Source of the DNA: Thermoplasmata archaeon | GTDB lineage: Archaea; Thermoplasmatota; Thermoplasmata; Lutacidiplasmatales; UBA184 | Assembly: GCA_030037265.1 (NCBI GenBank) | Contig: JASHRQ010000030.1 | Span: 1-37,975, forward strand | DNA length: 37,975 nt | Direction: 5' to 3' | Shown here: positions 9,097 through 17,409 of the stretch, one piece after another | How positions within the stretch are numbered: the first letter of the stretch is position 1 | How the letters are laid out: each line of letters starts with the position of its first letter | Position numbers and translations under genes: made by a program | The notes under the pieces: model-generated | Seen by the model: the letters and a program-made list of their open reading frames with translations, nothing else | Database searches by the model: none | Told to the model about the DNA's origin: nothing

Positions 9097-9678
9097 ATGG
9101 CGGGCGAGCCCCTTCCCAGCGGGGTCCCACCGCCGCCCCCTCCGCCTCCGCCGCCTCCCCCGCCCCCGACCGACTCCACGCTCCTGACGGCGAACCGCCT
9201 CACGATGGTCTGGCGGAAGCTCACGTTCTACGTGAACTACCAGTTCCTCGACGCGGCCGGCCGTCCCGTCGGCGAGACCCGGGCGGAGGTCGTCTTCCCG
9301 CTCAAGTACACGCTGCTCGACGAGTTCGAGCGCGTCGTGCTGGTGCTGGACGGGGTCCGCGTTCGGGGCCTCAACTACGACTACCAGATCCACGACGCGA
9401 CCGGCGCCGTCCTCGCGACGCTCCGGCTCCGGACCGGCTGGGGGCGGAAGTACGGCCTCTCCATCGGGGGCCAGGAGGTGATGCTGCTCTCGAGCGACAT
9501 GACCGGGACCGAGTACAAGGTCGCGGCCGTGGGGAGCCTCGCGGTCCTCGCGACCGGCTACCGGACGCCGGGGGTCACCGAGTCGAGGACGCAGATCGAG
9601 ATCACGCAGAGCGAGCCCATCGACCACCGGATCGTGCTCGGCGCGATGCTCCTCATCGAGTACCTGTCGACCCGGTAG
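9097..9678 (+). CDS. Polyproline-leader LURP-one/scramblase (Tubby-C-like) protein
   Basis: 14 consecutive Pro, alternating beta-strand pattern (YQIHDATGAVLATL), terminal hydrophobic helix IVLGAMLLIEYL; GGAGG upstream of the ATG. Confidence 0.6.
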   Translation: MAGEPLPSGVPPPPPPPPPPPPPPTDSTLLTANRLTMVWRKLTFYVNYQFLDAAGRPVGETRAEVVFPLKYTLLDEFERVVLVLDGVRVRGLNYDYQIHDATGAVLATLRLRTGWGRKYGLSIGGQEVMLLSSDMTGTEYKVAAVGSLAVLATGYRTPGVTESRTQIEITQSEPIDHRIVLGAMLLIEYLSTR

Positions 9679-9705
9679 GTCGGTCGGGCCCGACGGCGGA
9701 CCGAG

Positions 9706-10680
9706 TCAGCGCCCGCCCGCGCGTTCCCGCAGCCACGCGAGCGCCGGCGCGGCCTGGCCGCGCTGGAACGCCCGGAGCGTCGGCAGGCCCGGAGGGTCCG
9801 GTTTCCGGCCGTTGGCGACGAGGAAACCGGCGAACGCGGCGACCACGGCGTCCACGTCCTCGGCCGGCGCCGCCCGGCCCGCCGGGAGCCGGCGGAGGAG
9901 CCGCTCCGGGGCCGGGCCGCCCTGCATCGCGACGCTGGGGAGCATCAGCACCCAGTCGAGCCACGGCGGACCGAGGCAGGCGTGGGGCCAATCGACCAGG
10001 AACGCCCCGCGCGGGCCCACGAGCAGGTTGTCCGCCCGGACGTCGCAGTGCACCAGCGTGTCGCCGCGCGTCGCGGGACCGCACCGCGCCTCGAGCTCCA
10101 CCAGCCGGTCGAGGTGGCGCACCGCCCACGGGTCGACGTCGGCGAGCCGGTCGGTCCCGTCGGCCCGGGCGGCCGAGAGCGCGCCCCAGTGACCCGGGAG
10201 GTTGGGGTGGGTCTCGACGAACGGCCGCAGGCGGATCGGGGCGGGCGTGAACTCCCGCGCGAACCGGTCGAGCATCGCGATCACGCGCCGGAGGTCCGCG
10301 GGACGCCACGGGAGCCGGGGCTCCCTGCCCGGAAGGAACTCGAGGGCGAACGCGACCCATCCCGCCTCGTCCAGGCTCCAGAGGAGCCGGGGCGCCGGGA
10401 CGGACGCCGGGAGCGCGCGGGTGACCGCGATCTCCCGTCGGTGGATCCGGGGGGACTCCGGGTTCGAGCCTTCGCTCACCGCCTTGAGGAACGCGCGACG
10501 CCCGTCGGCGAGCGTGAGCGCGGCGGCGACGCCCGGCGAGAATCCGCCGGGTCGGTCGACCGCCCGAGCCACGGGGGACCCGAGCCCGTCGTTCACCCGG
10601 CGCCGGAGCCAGGCGGGCAGCCGGACGTACGGCAGCCGACGCCCCCGGGCGGGCGGGTACGACGCGCGGGGCCGCGGCAT
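9706..10680 (-). CDS. Aminoglycoside phosphotransferase/choline-kinase-like protein
   Basis: GGFSPG, AFLKAV, Brenner motif HCDVRADNLL, LVDW. Confidence 0.85.
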   Translation of the reverse strand: MPRPRASYPPARGRRLPYVRLPAWLRRRVNDGLGSPVARAVDRPGGFSPGVAAALTLADGRRAFLKAVSEGSNPESPRIHRREIAVTRALPASVPAPRLLWSLDEAGWVAFALEFLPGREPRLPWRPADLRRVIAMLDRFAREFTPAPIRLRPFVETHPNLPGHWGALSAARADGTDRLADVDPWAVRHLDRLVELEARCGPATRGDTLVHCDVRADNLLVGPRGAFLVDWPHACLGPPWLDWVLMLPSVAMQGGPAPERLLRRLPAGRAAPAEDVDAVVAAFAGFLVANGRKPDPPGLPTLRAFQRGQAAPALAWLRERAGGR

Positions 10681-10809
10681 GGGCCCGGCGGGAAGGGGGG
10701 CGCTACATCTCGCTATCGAGCGCCTCGGGCACCGGGCCCGATCCGCCGGCCGAGGGACGGCCCCGGCCTCCCGGGAGCGTACCGGCGCCGACGGCGTCGG
10801 GGGGGCCGC

Positions 10810-11682
10810 TCAGTCTCCGGTGACGTCCTGGAGGAACTCCTCGAGCTGCCCCAGGAACTCGCGGGGCTGCTCGAGGATCGGGTAGTGGCTGCTCCGCGGC
10901 AGGATCCGGAGGTGCGCGGTCCGGATCCGGTTCGCCATGTCGATCGAGGCGTCCAGGAGGAAGTCGTACCGGCCGACGAGCACGACCATCGGGACGAAGA
11001 TCTTCGCGAAGTACTTCCGCCCGTCCCAGCCGGCGAGCGTCCCGTCGACGGCGAACTCGTCGCCGGAGCGCGACTGCATCGCGCGGTACACCTCCTCCGA
11101 CAGCTTCGTCGCCCGGAGGTCCGGCGGCGGGGAGGCCGAGAACCGCTCCGAGAACGGCGCCATCACCTGGGCGGCGAGGTCCCGGTACTCGCGCGACGCG
11201 AAGTCGCGCGCCCCGGTGAACTCGCGGAGCTTCCGCCGGAGGTTCGGCGCGGTGTGCTCCAGGATGAACCGGAAGCCGGCGCGGAGGTCGGCCGCGCTGC
11301 CGGCGCTCGAGCACATGATGAGCGAGGTGAGCCGGTCGGGGTGGCGGTGGGCGTACTCGAGCGCGGCGAAGCCGCCGGCCGAGTAGCCGAGGAGGTGCAG
11401 TTCCTTGATGTCGAGCGCGCGGCGGATCGCCTCGAGGTCGTCCGCCTCGTTCTCGACGGTGTACGCGCTGGGACGGCCCGGCCGCCAGGAGCGGCCGACG
11501 CCGCGGGGGTTGAACAGCACCACGCGGAGGTGGGAGTCGGCGAGCCGCAGCAACGCGCGGAGGTAGTGGTACGACAGCCCCGGCCCGCCGGGGTGGGCGA
11601 GCAGGGTGGCGGGTCCCCGCCCCCGCGAGACGTACTCGAACCGGCGGTGCCCGGAGACCGTCACGAACCCGGCCGGGCTCAT
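10810..11682 (-). CDS. Proline iminopeptidase-like alpha/beta hydrolase (tricorn F1-like)
   Basis: HPGGPG, RGVGRS, nucleophile GYSAGG, GRYD, SSH. Confidence 0.8.
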   Translation of the reverse strand: MSPAGFVTVSGHRRFEYVSRGRGPATLLAHPGGPGLSYHYLRALLRLADSHLRVVLFNPRGVGRSWRPGRPSAYTVENEADDLEAIRRALDIKELHLLGYSAGGFAALEYAHRHPDRLTSLIMCSSAGSAADLRAGFRFILEHTAPNLRRKLREFTGARDFASREYRDLAAQVMAPFSERFSASPPPDLRATKLSEEVYRAMQSRSGDEFAVDGTLAGWDGRKYFAKIFVPMVVLVGRYDFLLDASIDMANRIRTAHLRILPRSSHYPILEQPREFLGQLEEFLQDVTGD

Positions 11683-11725
11683 GGCGGCCGCATCGGCGCG
11701 GGCGCTTAAATCCCGCGCCCGACCG

Positions 11726-12436
11726 TCAGGCCGGCGCGGCCCGGACCCTCCGGAGGAAGTCGAGCGTCCGCGCCCAGGCGTCGGCGGCCGCCGGGGCGGA
11801 GTGGCCCTCCCACCCCGGCCGGTGGAACGCGTGCCGCACGCCCGGGTACAGCTGGAGCTCGACGCGTCGGCCGTGCCGGTTGAGGGCCGGGAGCAGCTTC
11901 TCGTAGGCCCACGGGTTGATCCGGGTGTCCTCGGCCCCGAGGACCAGGAGGAGCGGCCCGCGCAGGTGCGCCACCTCGTCCGCGTCCTCGATGAGGCCGT
12001 AGTAGTCGATGCAGAAGTCGAACGGGGCGCGGCAGGCGCCGAGCAGCGCGTACCCTCCGCCCATGCAGAAGCCCATCGTGCCGACCCGCATCGGGGGCGA
12101 GCTCGCCCGCAGCCGGTCGCGCGCCTCGGTGAGCCGGGCGAGCACGGTCTCTGGCGTGAGCCGCTGCCGGAGCGCCATGCCCTCGTTGACGTCCCGGGCG
12201 TACACCCCGTCGTACAGGTCGACCACCGCCGCGGAGACCCCCGCCTCCGCGAGCGACCGGCCGACGGACCGGACGTAATCGTCCCGGCCGAAGATGTCGT
12301 GGATCAGCACGATCCCCAGGTCCGGACCGCCCGCGAACAGTTCGGGGGCGCCGGCCCGTACCGGCGACGTCGCGGGCGTCGGCGCGCTCGTGCGAACCCC
12401 TCCCCCAGCGCCGACGGCGGAGCCGTCCGGAGCCAT
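11726..12436 (-). CDS. Dienelactone hydrolase family protein
   Basis: IHDIFG, GFCMGG, YYG, GAED, YPG.RHAF; start moved to ATG 12436 because the longer ORF overlaps the tRNA. Confidence 0.88.
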   Translation of the reverse strand: MAPDGSAVGAGGGVRTSAPTPATSPVRAGAPELFAGGPDLGIVLIHDIFGRDDYVRSVGRSLAEAGVSAAVVDLYDGVYARDVNEGMALRQRLTPETVLARLTEARDRLRASSPPMRVGTMGFCMGGGYALLGACRAPFDFCIDYYGLIEDADEVAHLRGPLLLVLGAEDTRINPWAYEKLLPALNRHGRRVELQLYPGVRHAFHRPGWEGHSAPAAADAWARTLDFLRRVRAAPA

Positions 12437-12457
12437 AGCGGTGGCGGGAGCGAAGGA

Positions 12458-12531
12458 TGCGGGCACCGGGATTTGAACCCGGGTTATAGGCTTGGCAAGC
12501 CTATGTGATAACCAGACTACACTATGCCCGC
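12458..12531 (-). tRNA. tRNA-Gly(GCC), intronless, CCA not encoded
   Basis: Minus strand GCGGGCA...TAGGC-TTGCCAA-GCCTA...CCGGG-TTCAAAT-CCCGG-TGCCCGC-A forms a full cloverleaf. Confidence 0.97.
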
Positions 12532-12728
12532 GTCCCCCGGCCGCGCGGAGGCCGGGACCGCGCCGCCACCGGCGCCCCCACTATAAGACAGGCCGGGGCG
12601 GAGGCGTCGCGTCCGCGACGAATGCCCCGATCCGGGCGCCCGGGGCCTCGGCTCTTTATAGCGCGCCGGGCGATGGCGCGGTTCCGTCCTCGGCGGCCGC
12701 GGACCGCGGCGCCGGACGGGGAAGGCTC

Positions 12729-13505
12729 GTGAGCGCGGGGCGTCCGTTCGTCGAGGGGGAGCCGGTCCTCCTCCGCCGTCGCGAGGGGGACGCGCTGCTG
12801 CTCCGGGTCGCGCGCGAGCCCCAGACGATCGAGGGGGTGGGGGTCGTCGACCTGTCGGGGCAGGTCGGGCAGCCGCCCGGGTCGACGGTCGAGTGGGCCG
12901 GCGCGAGCTACGTGGTCCTGCGGCCGTCCCTCGCCGACCTGCTGGCCCACCTCCGGCGGCGCGCGCAGATCGTCACGCCGAAGGACGCCCTCTACCTCCT
13001 GTACCTCGCCGACGTCCGGCCCGGCGCGCACGTCGCGGAGGCCGGGGCCGGGAGCGGAGCGCTCACCGTCGTCCTCGCGTGGGCCGCCGGGGAGACGGGC
13101 CGGGTGGTCTCGTACGACCGTCGGCCGGACTTCCTCGGGGTCGCGCGCCGGAACGTCGCCCAGGCCGGCCTGGACGGCCGCGTCCGGTTCGTCGAGCGGG
13201 ACGTCGCCGCGTCCGGGTTCGACGCGGACGGGTTCGACGGGGTCGTGCTCGACCTTCCGGAGCCGTGGGCCGTGCTGCCGGCGGCCCGGGCGGCGCTCGT
13301 CCCGGGCGGGAGCGTGGCCACGTACACGCCGACGTACAACCAGCTCGAGCGGACGGTACGGGCGCTGCGCGCGTCGGGGTTCGAGGAGGTCCGGAGCGTG
13401 GAGCTGCTCGAGCGCTCGCTGCACGTCGGCGAGGGCGGGACGCGGCCGGAGTTCGACATGCTTGGGCACACCGGCTTCCTGACCGGCGCCCGGCGGGTCG
13501 CCTGA
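12729..13505 (+). CDS. trmI: tRNA (adenine-57/58-N1)-methyltransferase
   Basis: RRAQIVTPKD, EAGAGSGALT, LDLPEPW, EL.ER, TRP...MLGHTGFL; GTG 12729; TTTATA at 12655-12660. Confidence 0.92.
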   Translation: MSAGRPFVEGEPVLLRRREGDALLLRVAREPQTIEGVGVVDLSGQVGQPPGSTVEWAGASYVVLRPSLADLLAHLRRRAQIVTPKDALYLLYLADVRPGAHVAEAGAGSGALTVVLAWAAGETGRVVSYDRRPDFLGVARRNVAQAGLDGRVRFVERDVAASGFDADGFDGVVLDLPEPWAVLPAARAALVPGGSVATYTPTYNQLERTVRALRASGFEEVRSVELLERSLHVGEGGTRPEFDMLGHTGFLTGARRVA

Positions 13506-13507
13506 CG

Positions 13508-14269
13508 ATGGCCGACCTCGCGCTCGCCGTCGGCGGCGGCGTCGGGGTGCTCCTCTCGGCCGGGTACGTCTACGCCGAGGTGGGCCGGTTCGCGGTCCCC
13601 CAGGTGCCGCGGTCGCTGTTCGACGAGAACAAGGCGCTGATCGCGTACATCGTCGGGCTGTTCGTCGGCGTGCCGCTGACGCTCGCCTGGGTGTTCTTCT
13701 ACGTCGCGGTGCTCGACGGGGCGCTCGTCTCGGCGATCGTCGACGTCGTCCTCCTGGTCACCGGGGGCGAGATCGCGCAGATGCTGCTCGTCCGGAGCCG
13801 GTTCTTCTCCCACCCGACCGGCGGGCCGTTCTACGCGCTGTCGCTCCGGGCGGGGATCGGCGGGCTCCTCATCATCGGCGCCATCTCCGAGTCGTACCCG
13901 GGCGTCGCGAACGTGACCGACGCGGCCCTGCTCGCGCTCCAGGTGGTGGCGCTCCTCCTGATCCAGGTGACCGCCGGGCTCCGGGGCTCGCTGCCGGTCC
14001 CGACCGCCTCGTCGGTGGTGCGGCAGCGGCTCGCGTCGTTCGTGCTCCTGCTGGCGCTGTACGCCCTGACCGCCTCGGGGGCGCTGTACGGCGCGACGAC
14101 CGGGCTCGTCGGCGCCGGGATCGCGATCGCCGGGGCGCTGTTCCTGTACTGGGACGCCCGGCCGACCGTCCTCGCGCCGCCGCACCCGGCCCCGCCCGTG
14201 CCGGCGGCGGGGGAGAGCCCGTACCGGCGGCTGCCGTCGTCGAAGCCGGGGCGGCCCAAGGGCCCGTGA
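13508..14269 (+). CDS. Multi-pass membrane protein of unknown function
   Basis: About 7 hydrophobic segments; ATG 2 nt after the trmI stop. Confidence 0.75.
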   Translation: MADLALAVGGGVGVLLSAGYVYAEVGRFAVPQVPRSLFDENKALIAYIVGLFVGVPLTLAWVFFYVAVLDGALVSAIVDVVLLVTGGEIAQMLLVRSRFFSHPTGGPFYALSLRAGIGGLLIIGAISESYPGVANVTDAALLALQVVALLLIQVTAGLRGSLPVPTASSVVRQRLASFVLLLALYALTASGALYGATTGLVGAGIAIAGALFLYWDARPTVLAPPHPAPPVPAAGESPYRRLPSSKPGRPKGP

Positions 14270-14303
14270 GCCGCCCGCGGCGCCGGGCGCCGGGTCGCGG
14301 CGC

Positions 14304-14807
14304 CTACGGGAGCGAGACCGACGGGCCGACGTTCACCGTGATCAGGATCAGGATCAGCAGCACGAACGACGCGACGAAGATCGCCCCGTTCACCCGGCGC
14401 TCCGCGGCGATGAAGCGGATCTCGTCCGGGTTGCCGCTCGCCGGCAGCCGGAGCCCGAAGTGGAGCTTCACGGCCGCCCCGAACCCGAGGAAGGCGAGCC
14501 CGAGCACGGCGAGGATCTTGCCGACGATCGTCCACGTGGCGGCGTTGCTCAGCCAGCTGACCCCGCAGCTCGCGGCGTCGGTGTAGCACGTGCCGGGGAC
14601 CGAGACCGCGGCGACGATGGCGATCGCTCCGATGAAGACCAGGAGGTAGCCCACGGCGCGGGCGCCCAGCGAGATGAGCCCCCAGACGTCGTGGCGGGCG
14701 GCGGGCAGCCACGGCCCGCCCGACGGCGCCCAGACGGGCGGCGGCGGGGACGGCGGGGCGGCGCTGCCAGAGAGCGGCGGCGTTCCGGGAGACGACGGGG
14801 CCGACAT
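14304..14807 (-). CDS. Three-TM membrane protein with Pro-rich N-terminus
   Basis: Three hydrophobic helices, Cys pair in a loop; TATA-like TTACTTAAG at 14831-14839. Confidence 0.7.
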   Translation of the reverse strand: MSAPSSPGTPPLSGSAAPPSPPPPVWAPSGGPWLPAARHDVWGLISLGARAVGYLLVFIGAIAIVAAVSVPGTCYTDAASCGVSWLSNAATWTIVGKILAVLGLAFLGFGAAVKLHFGLRLPASGNPDEIRFIAAERRVNGAIFVASFVLLILILITVNVGPSVSLP

Positions 14808-14907
14808 GGGGATACGTTCCGTCGCCCGGGTTACTTAAGCATTCTCCGACGGCCGAACCCCGCCCGGGGCGCCCCCCCCGCGCGGGAGCGGCCTCCGCGC
14901 CCGCCGG

Positions 14908-15936
14908 TCAGCGGGCCCCGGGCCGCACGGCCCAGCTCTGGACCCCCTCCGGGGAGAAGGCGAACTCGATCGCCTGCCCCCCCGACGCGCGGATCGTCTT
15001 CGCGACCTCCTGCCGGCGCTTGAAGTCGCAGAACAGGAGGAGGTACCCCCCGCCCCCCGCCCCCGTGAGCTTGCCGCCGAGCGCCCCGGCGGCGCGCGCC
15101 CGGGCGTAGAACCGGTCGATCTTCGGGTTCGTGATCCCCCGCGTGAACCGCTTCTTCGCCTCCCACCCCTCGTGCAGGAGGTGCCCCAGCTCGTCCAGGT
15201 TGCCGGTCAGGAGCTCCTTCTTCATGCTGAGCGCGAGCCGCTTGGTCTCGTCGAGCGCGTCGACCGTGTCCCGGTTCCGGTCGGTGTACGACCGGGTCTG
15301 CCGCTCGATGATGTCCCCGGAGAACCGGGTGAGGCCGGTGTAGCAGAGCATGAGGCGGTACTCGAGCTCGTTCAGCACCTCCGGGTCGATCCGGAGCGGG
15401 TTCACGACCGTCGAGCCCGCCTGGAACTCGATGAAGTTGAAGCCGCCGAAGGCGGCCGCGTACTGGTCCTGACGCCCGCCCGGGTCGCCCAGGTCGACCC
15501 GCTCGATCCGGTAGGCGAGCTCCGCGACCTCGTAGGTGGTGAGCGGGATCTTGAGGTACCGGGTGAACAGCGCGACGAGCGCGACGACCATCGTGGAGGA
15601 GCTCCCGAGCCCGGTCCGCGGCGGGGCGTCGGAGTGGAGGAACACCTCCCAGTCGACGTCGGGCCGGTGGAACTGCCGCAGGGTCGCCTTCACGAGGTCG
15701 AGCTCGCCGTTGTAGACGTACTCCTGCGGGGTCCGGTAGTCGACGGAGACGTCGAAGTCGAGCGACTGGACGTGGACGCGGCCCTTCCCGGGCCGGCTCG
15801 TGAGGGTCGCGTAGGCGAACTTGTCGATCGTGCAGTTGAGCACCGCCCCCCCGCGCTCCTCCGGATACGGCGACACGTCGGTCCCGCCCCCCGCGAACGA
15901 GATCCGCAGCGGGGCCTTGGCGCGGAAGATATCCAT
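14908..15936 (-). CDS. GHMP-family sugar kinase (HddA/heptose-7-phosphate kinase-like)
   Basis: APLRISFAGGGTD, GLGSSS, GGRQDQYAAAFGGFN, GGKLTGAGGGG; ATG 15936. Confidence 0.88.
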   Translation of the reverse strand: MDIFRAKAPLRISFAGGGTDVSPYPEERGGAVLNCTIDKFAYATLTSRPGKGRVHVQSLDFDVSVDYRTPQEYVYNGELDLVKATLRQFHRPDVDWEVFLHSDAPPRTGLGSSSTMVVALVALFTRYLKIPLTTYEVAELAYRIERVDLGDPGGRQDQYAAAFGGFNFIEFQAGSTVVNPLRIDPEVLNELEYRLMLCYTGLTRFSGDIIERQTRSYTDRNRDTVDALDETKRLALSMKKELLTGNLDELGHLLHEGWEAKKRFTRGITNPKIDRFYARARAAGALGGKLTGAGGGGYLLLFCDFKRRQEVAKTIRASGGQAIEFAFSPEGVQSWAVRPGAR

Positions 15937-15957
15937 CGAACGGCGCCCGACGGCGCA

Positions 15958-15970
15958 ATAGGCTCTTAAA
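15958..15970. promoter_or_regulatory. Putative bidirectional TATA region
   Basis: CTTAAA (15965-15970) about 25-30 nt from both divergent starts (15936 and 15995). Confidence 0.5.
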
Positions 15971-15994
15971 CGTGGCCCCGTCGTTGGGCTGACG

Positions 15995-16426
15995 ATGCCC
16001 CCGCGCAGCGAGGAACCGACCTTCAGCCGGCGCCTCCGGGAAGGGGTCCGGGAGCACCGGTTCGCCCTGGCGATCACGGTGTTCGCCGTCGGCCTGTTCC
16101 TGTCCGTGATCGCGGCGGGCGACCTCACGCCGCTTAGCTCCGTCGCGCCGTTCCCGACGATCAACCGCGTGACCGACCGGAGCGCGTCCGGGGGCGTGAA
16201 CTACAACCTCGCGTTCATCATCATTGGGCCGATCGTCGCGCTCATCGGGGCGTACCTGTTCGGCGCGTACCTCTGGGCCCGTCGCCGCTTCGAGCACCTG
16301 ATGCGGACGAAGAGCAAGGCGGAGTTCCTGCGGAACCTGGACCAGATCGAGGAGATCCTCTGGGACCTCACGCCGGCCGACGAGGAGCGGTACCTCGCGA
16401 AGCGCGCCGAGTTCCGGCTGCGCTGA
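15995..16426 (+). CDS. Two-TM membrane protein, DUF3198-like
   Basis: Two TM helices, then RFEHLMRTKSKAEFLRNLD.IEE..L; divergent from the kinase across a shared CTTAAA. Confidence 0.6.
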   Translation: MPPRSEEPTFSRRLREGVREHRFALAITVFAVGLFLSVIAAGDLTPLSSVAPFPTINRVTDRSASGGVNYNLAFIIIGPIVALIGAYLFGAYLWARRRFEHLMRTKSKAEFLRNLDQIEEILWDLTPADEERYLAKRAEFRLR

Positions 16427-16465
16427 GGCGGGCGCCCCCGGGGGCCGGGCCCGCCGGCCCGCCTC
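16425..16465 (+). terminator. Possible hairpin after the DUF3198-like gene
   Basis: GAGGCGGGC (16425-16433) / GCCCGCCTC (16457-16465) inverted repeat; no U-tract. Confidence 0.25.
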
Positions 16466-16469
16466 CGCG

Positions 16470-16478
16470 TTAAGTAAT
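16470..16478 (+). promoter_or_regulatory. TATA-like element of the GNAT-NSAR-DUF4129-DUF58 operon
   Basis: Isolated AT island TTAAGTAAT about 22-30 nt before ATG 16500. Confidence 0.55.
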
Positions 16479-16499
16479 TCCCCCGGGTCCCGCGGTCCG

Positions 16500-17408
16500 A
16501 TGTCGGCTCCGTCCGCGCCCGGCGCGGCCCCGGCGGCCGCGCCGAGGGACTTCACGTTCCGGCGGCTCCAGAAACCGGAGGAGCTCCGCCAGGCGGAGGA
16601 GCTCCAGCGGGAGGCGTGGGGACTCACCGACGAGCCGCCCACGTCGCGCACGATCCTCCGCGCAATCCAGGACAACGGGGGGCTCGTGCTCGGCGCGTTC
16701 GCCGACATCTACCTCGCCGGGGTCACGATCGGGATCCTCGGCTGGGACGGGACGCGGCTGTACCACTACTCGCACATGAACGCCGTCCGGCCGGCGTACC
16801 AGAACCACCACGTCGGGTTCCGGCTCAAGGTGTACCAGCGCGAGGAGGTGCTGAAGCAGGGCCTCCCGCTCATGCGCTGGACGTTCGACCCGCTGCAGAG
16901 CAAGAACGCCCGGCTGAACGTGCGCCGGCTCGGCGCGCACCCCGACCACTACTACCTCCACTACTACGGGACGATGGGCTCGGAGGTGAACCGCGGGCTC
17001 GAGAGCGACCGGCTGCGGGTCAGCTGGGCGCTCGACGACCCCGAGGTCGAGCGGCGGGTCGCCGGGCAGTATCCGTCGCCCGAGCAGGACCGGGCGCGCT
17101 GGGCGGAGGCCCAGGCGCTCGTCGAGACGCAGCTCGGGGAGGCGGGGCTTCGCGTGCCGACGACGGTGAGCGAGCCGTCCCGGCCGACGGCGCACCTCGA
17201 GATCCCGTTCGACCTCCAGTCGGTGCGCGACCACCAGGCCGGGACGCTCCGGACCTGGCGCCACGCGACGCGCGACGCCTTCCGTGCCGCCTTCGACCTG
17301 GGGTACCGGGTGGACGACTTCACGACGCTGTCGCTCGAGCACGAGCGCCGGAGCTTCTACCTGCTGTCGAAGCCCCCGCCCGGGGACCGTCCGCCGGAGG
17401 CGACGTAG
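16500..17408 (+). CDS. GNAT acyltransferase (D-amino-acid N-succinyltransferase-like)
   Basis: GGLVLGAF, HYSHMNAV, GFRLK.YQR, RWTFDPLQSKNARLN.RRLGA, YYG.M, SDRL.V.W. Confidence 0.85.
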   Translation: MSAPSAPGAAPAAAPRDFTFRRLQKPEELRQAEELQREAWGLTDEPPTSRTILRAIQDNGGLVLGAFADIYLAGVTIGILGWDGTRLYHYSHMNAVRPAYQNHHVGFRLKVYQREEVLKQGLPLMRWTFDPLQSKNARLNVRRLGAHPDHYYLHYYGTMGSEVNRGLESDRLRVSWALDDPEVERRVAGQYPSPEQDRARWAEAQALVETQLGEAGLRVPTTVSEPSRPTAHLEIPFDLQSVRDHQAGTLRTWRHATRDAFRAAFDLGYRVDDFTTLSLEHERRSFYLLSKPPPGDRPPEAT

Positions 17409-17409
17409 C

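Noticed and set aside
9706-10680. APH-type kinase as an antibiotic-resistance gene
   Set aside because: Only the generic phosphotransferase motifs are visible; substrate cannot be inferred.
12458-12531. tRNA-Gly as attachment site of an integrated element
   Set aside because: No duplicated tRNA 3' end and no integrase were seen in the window.
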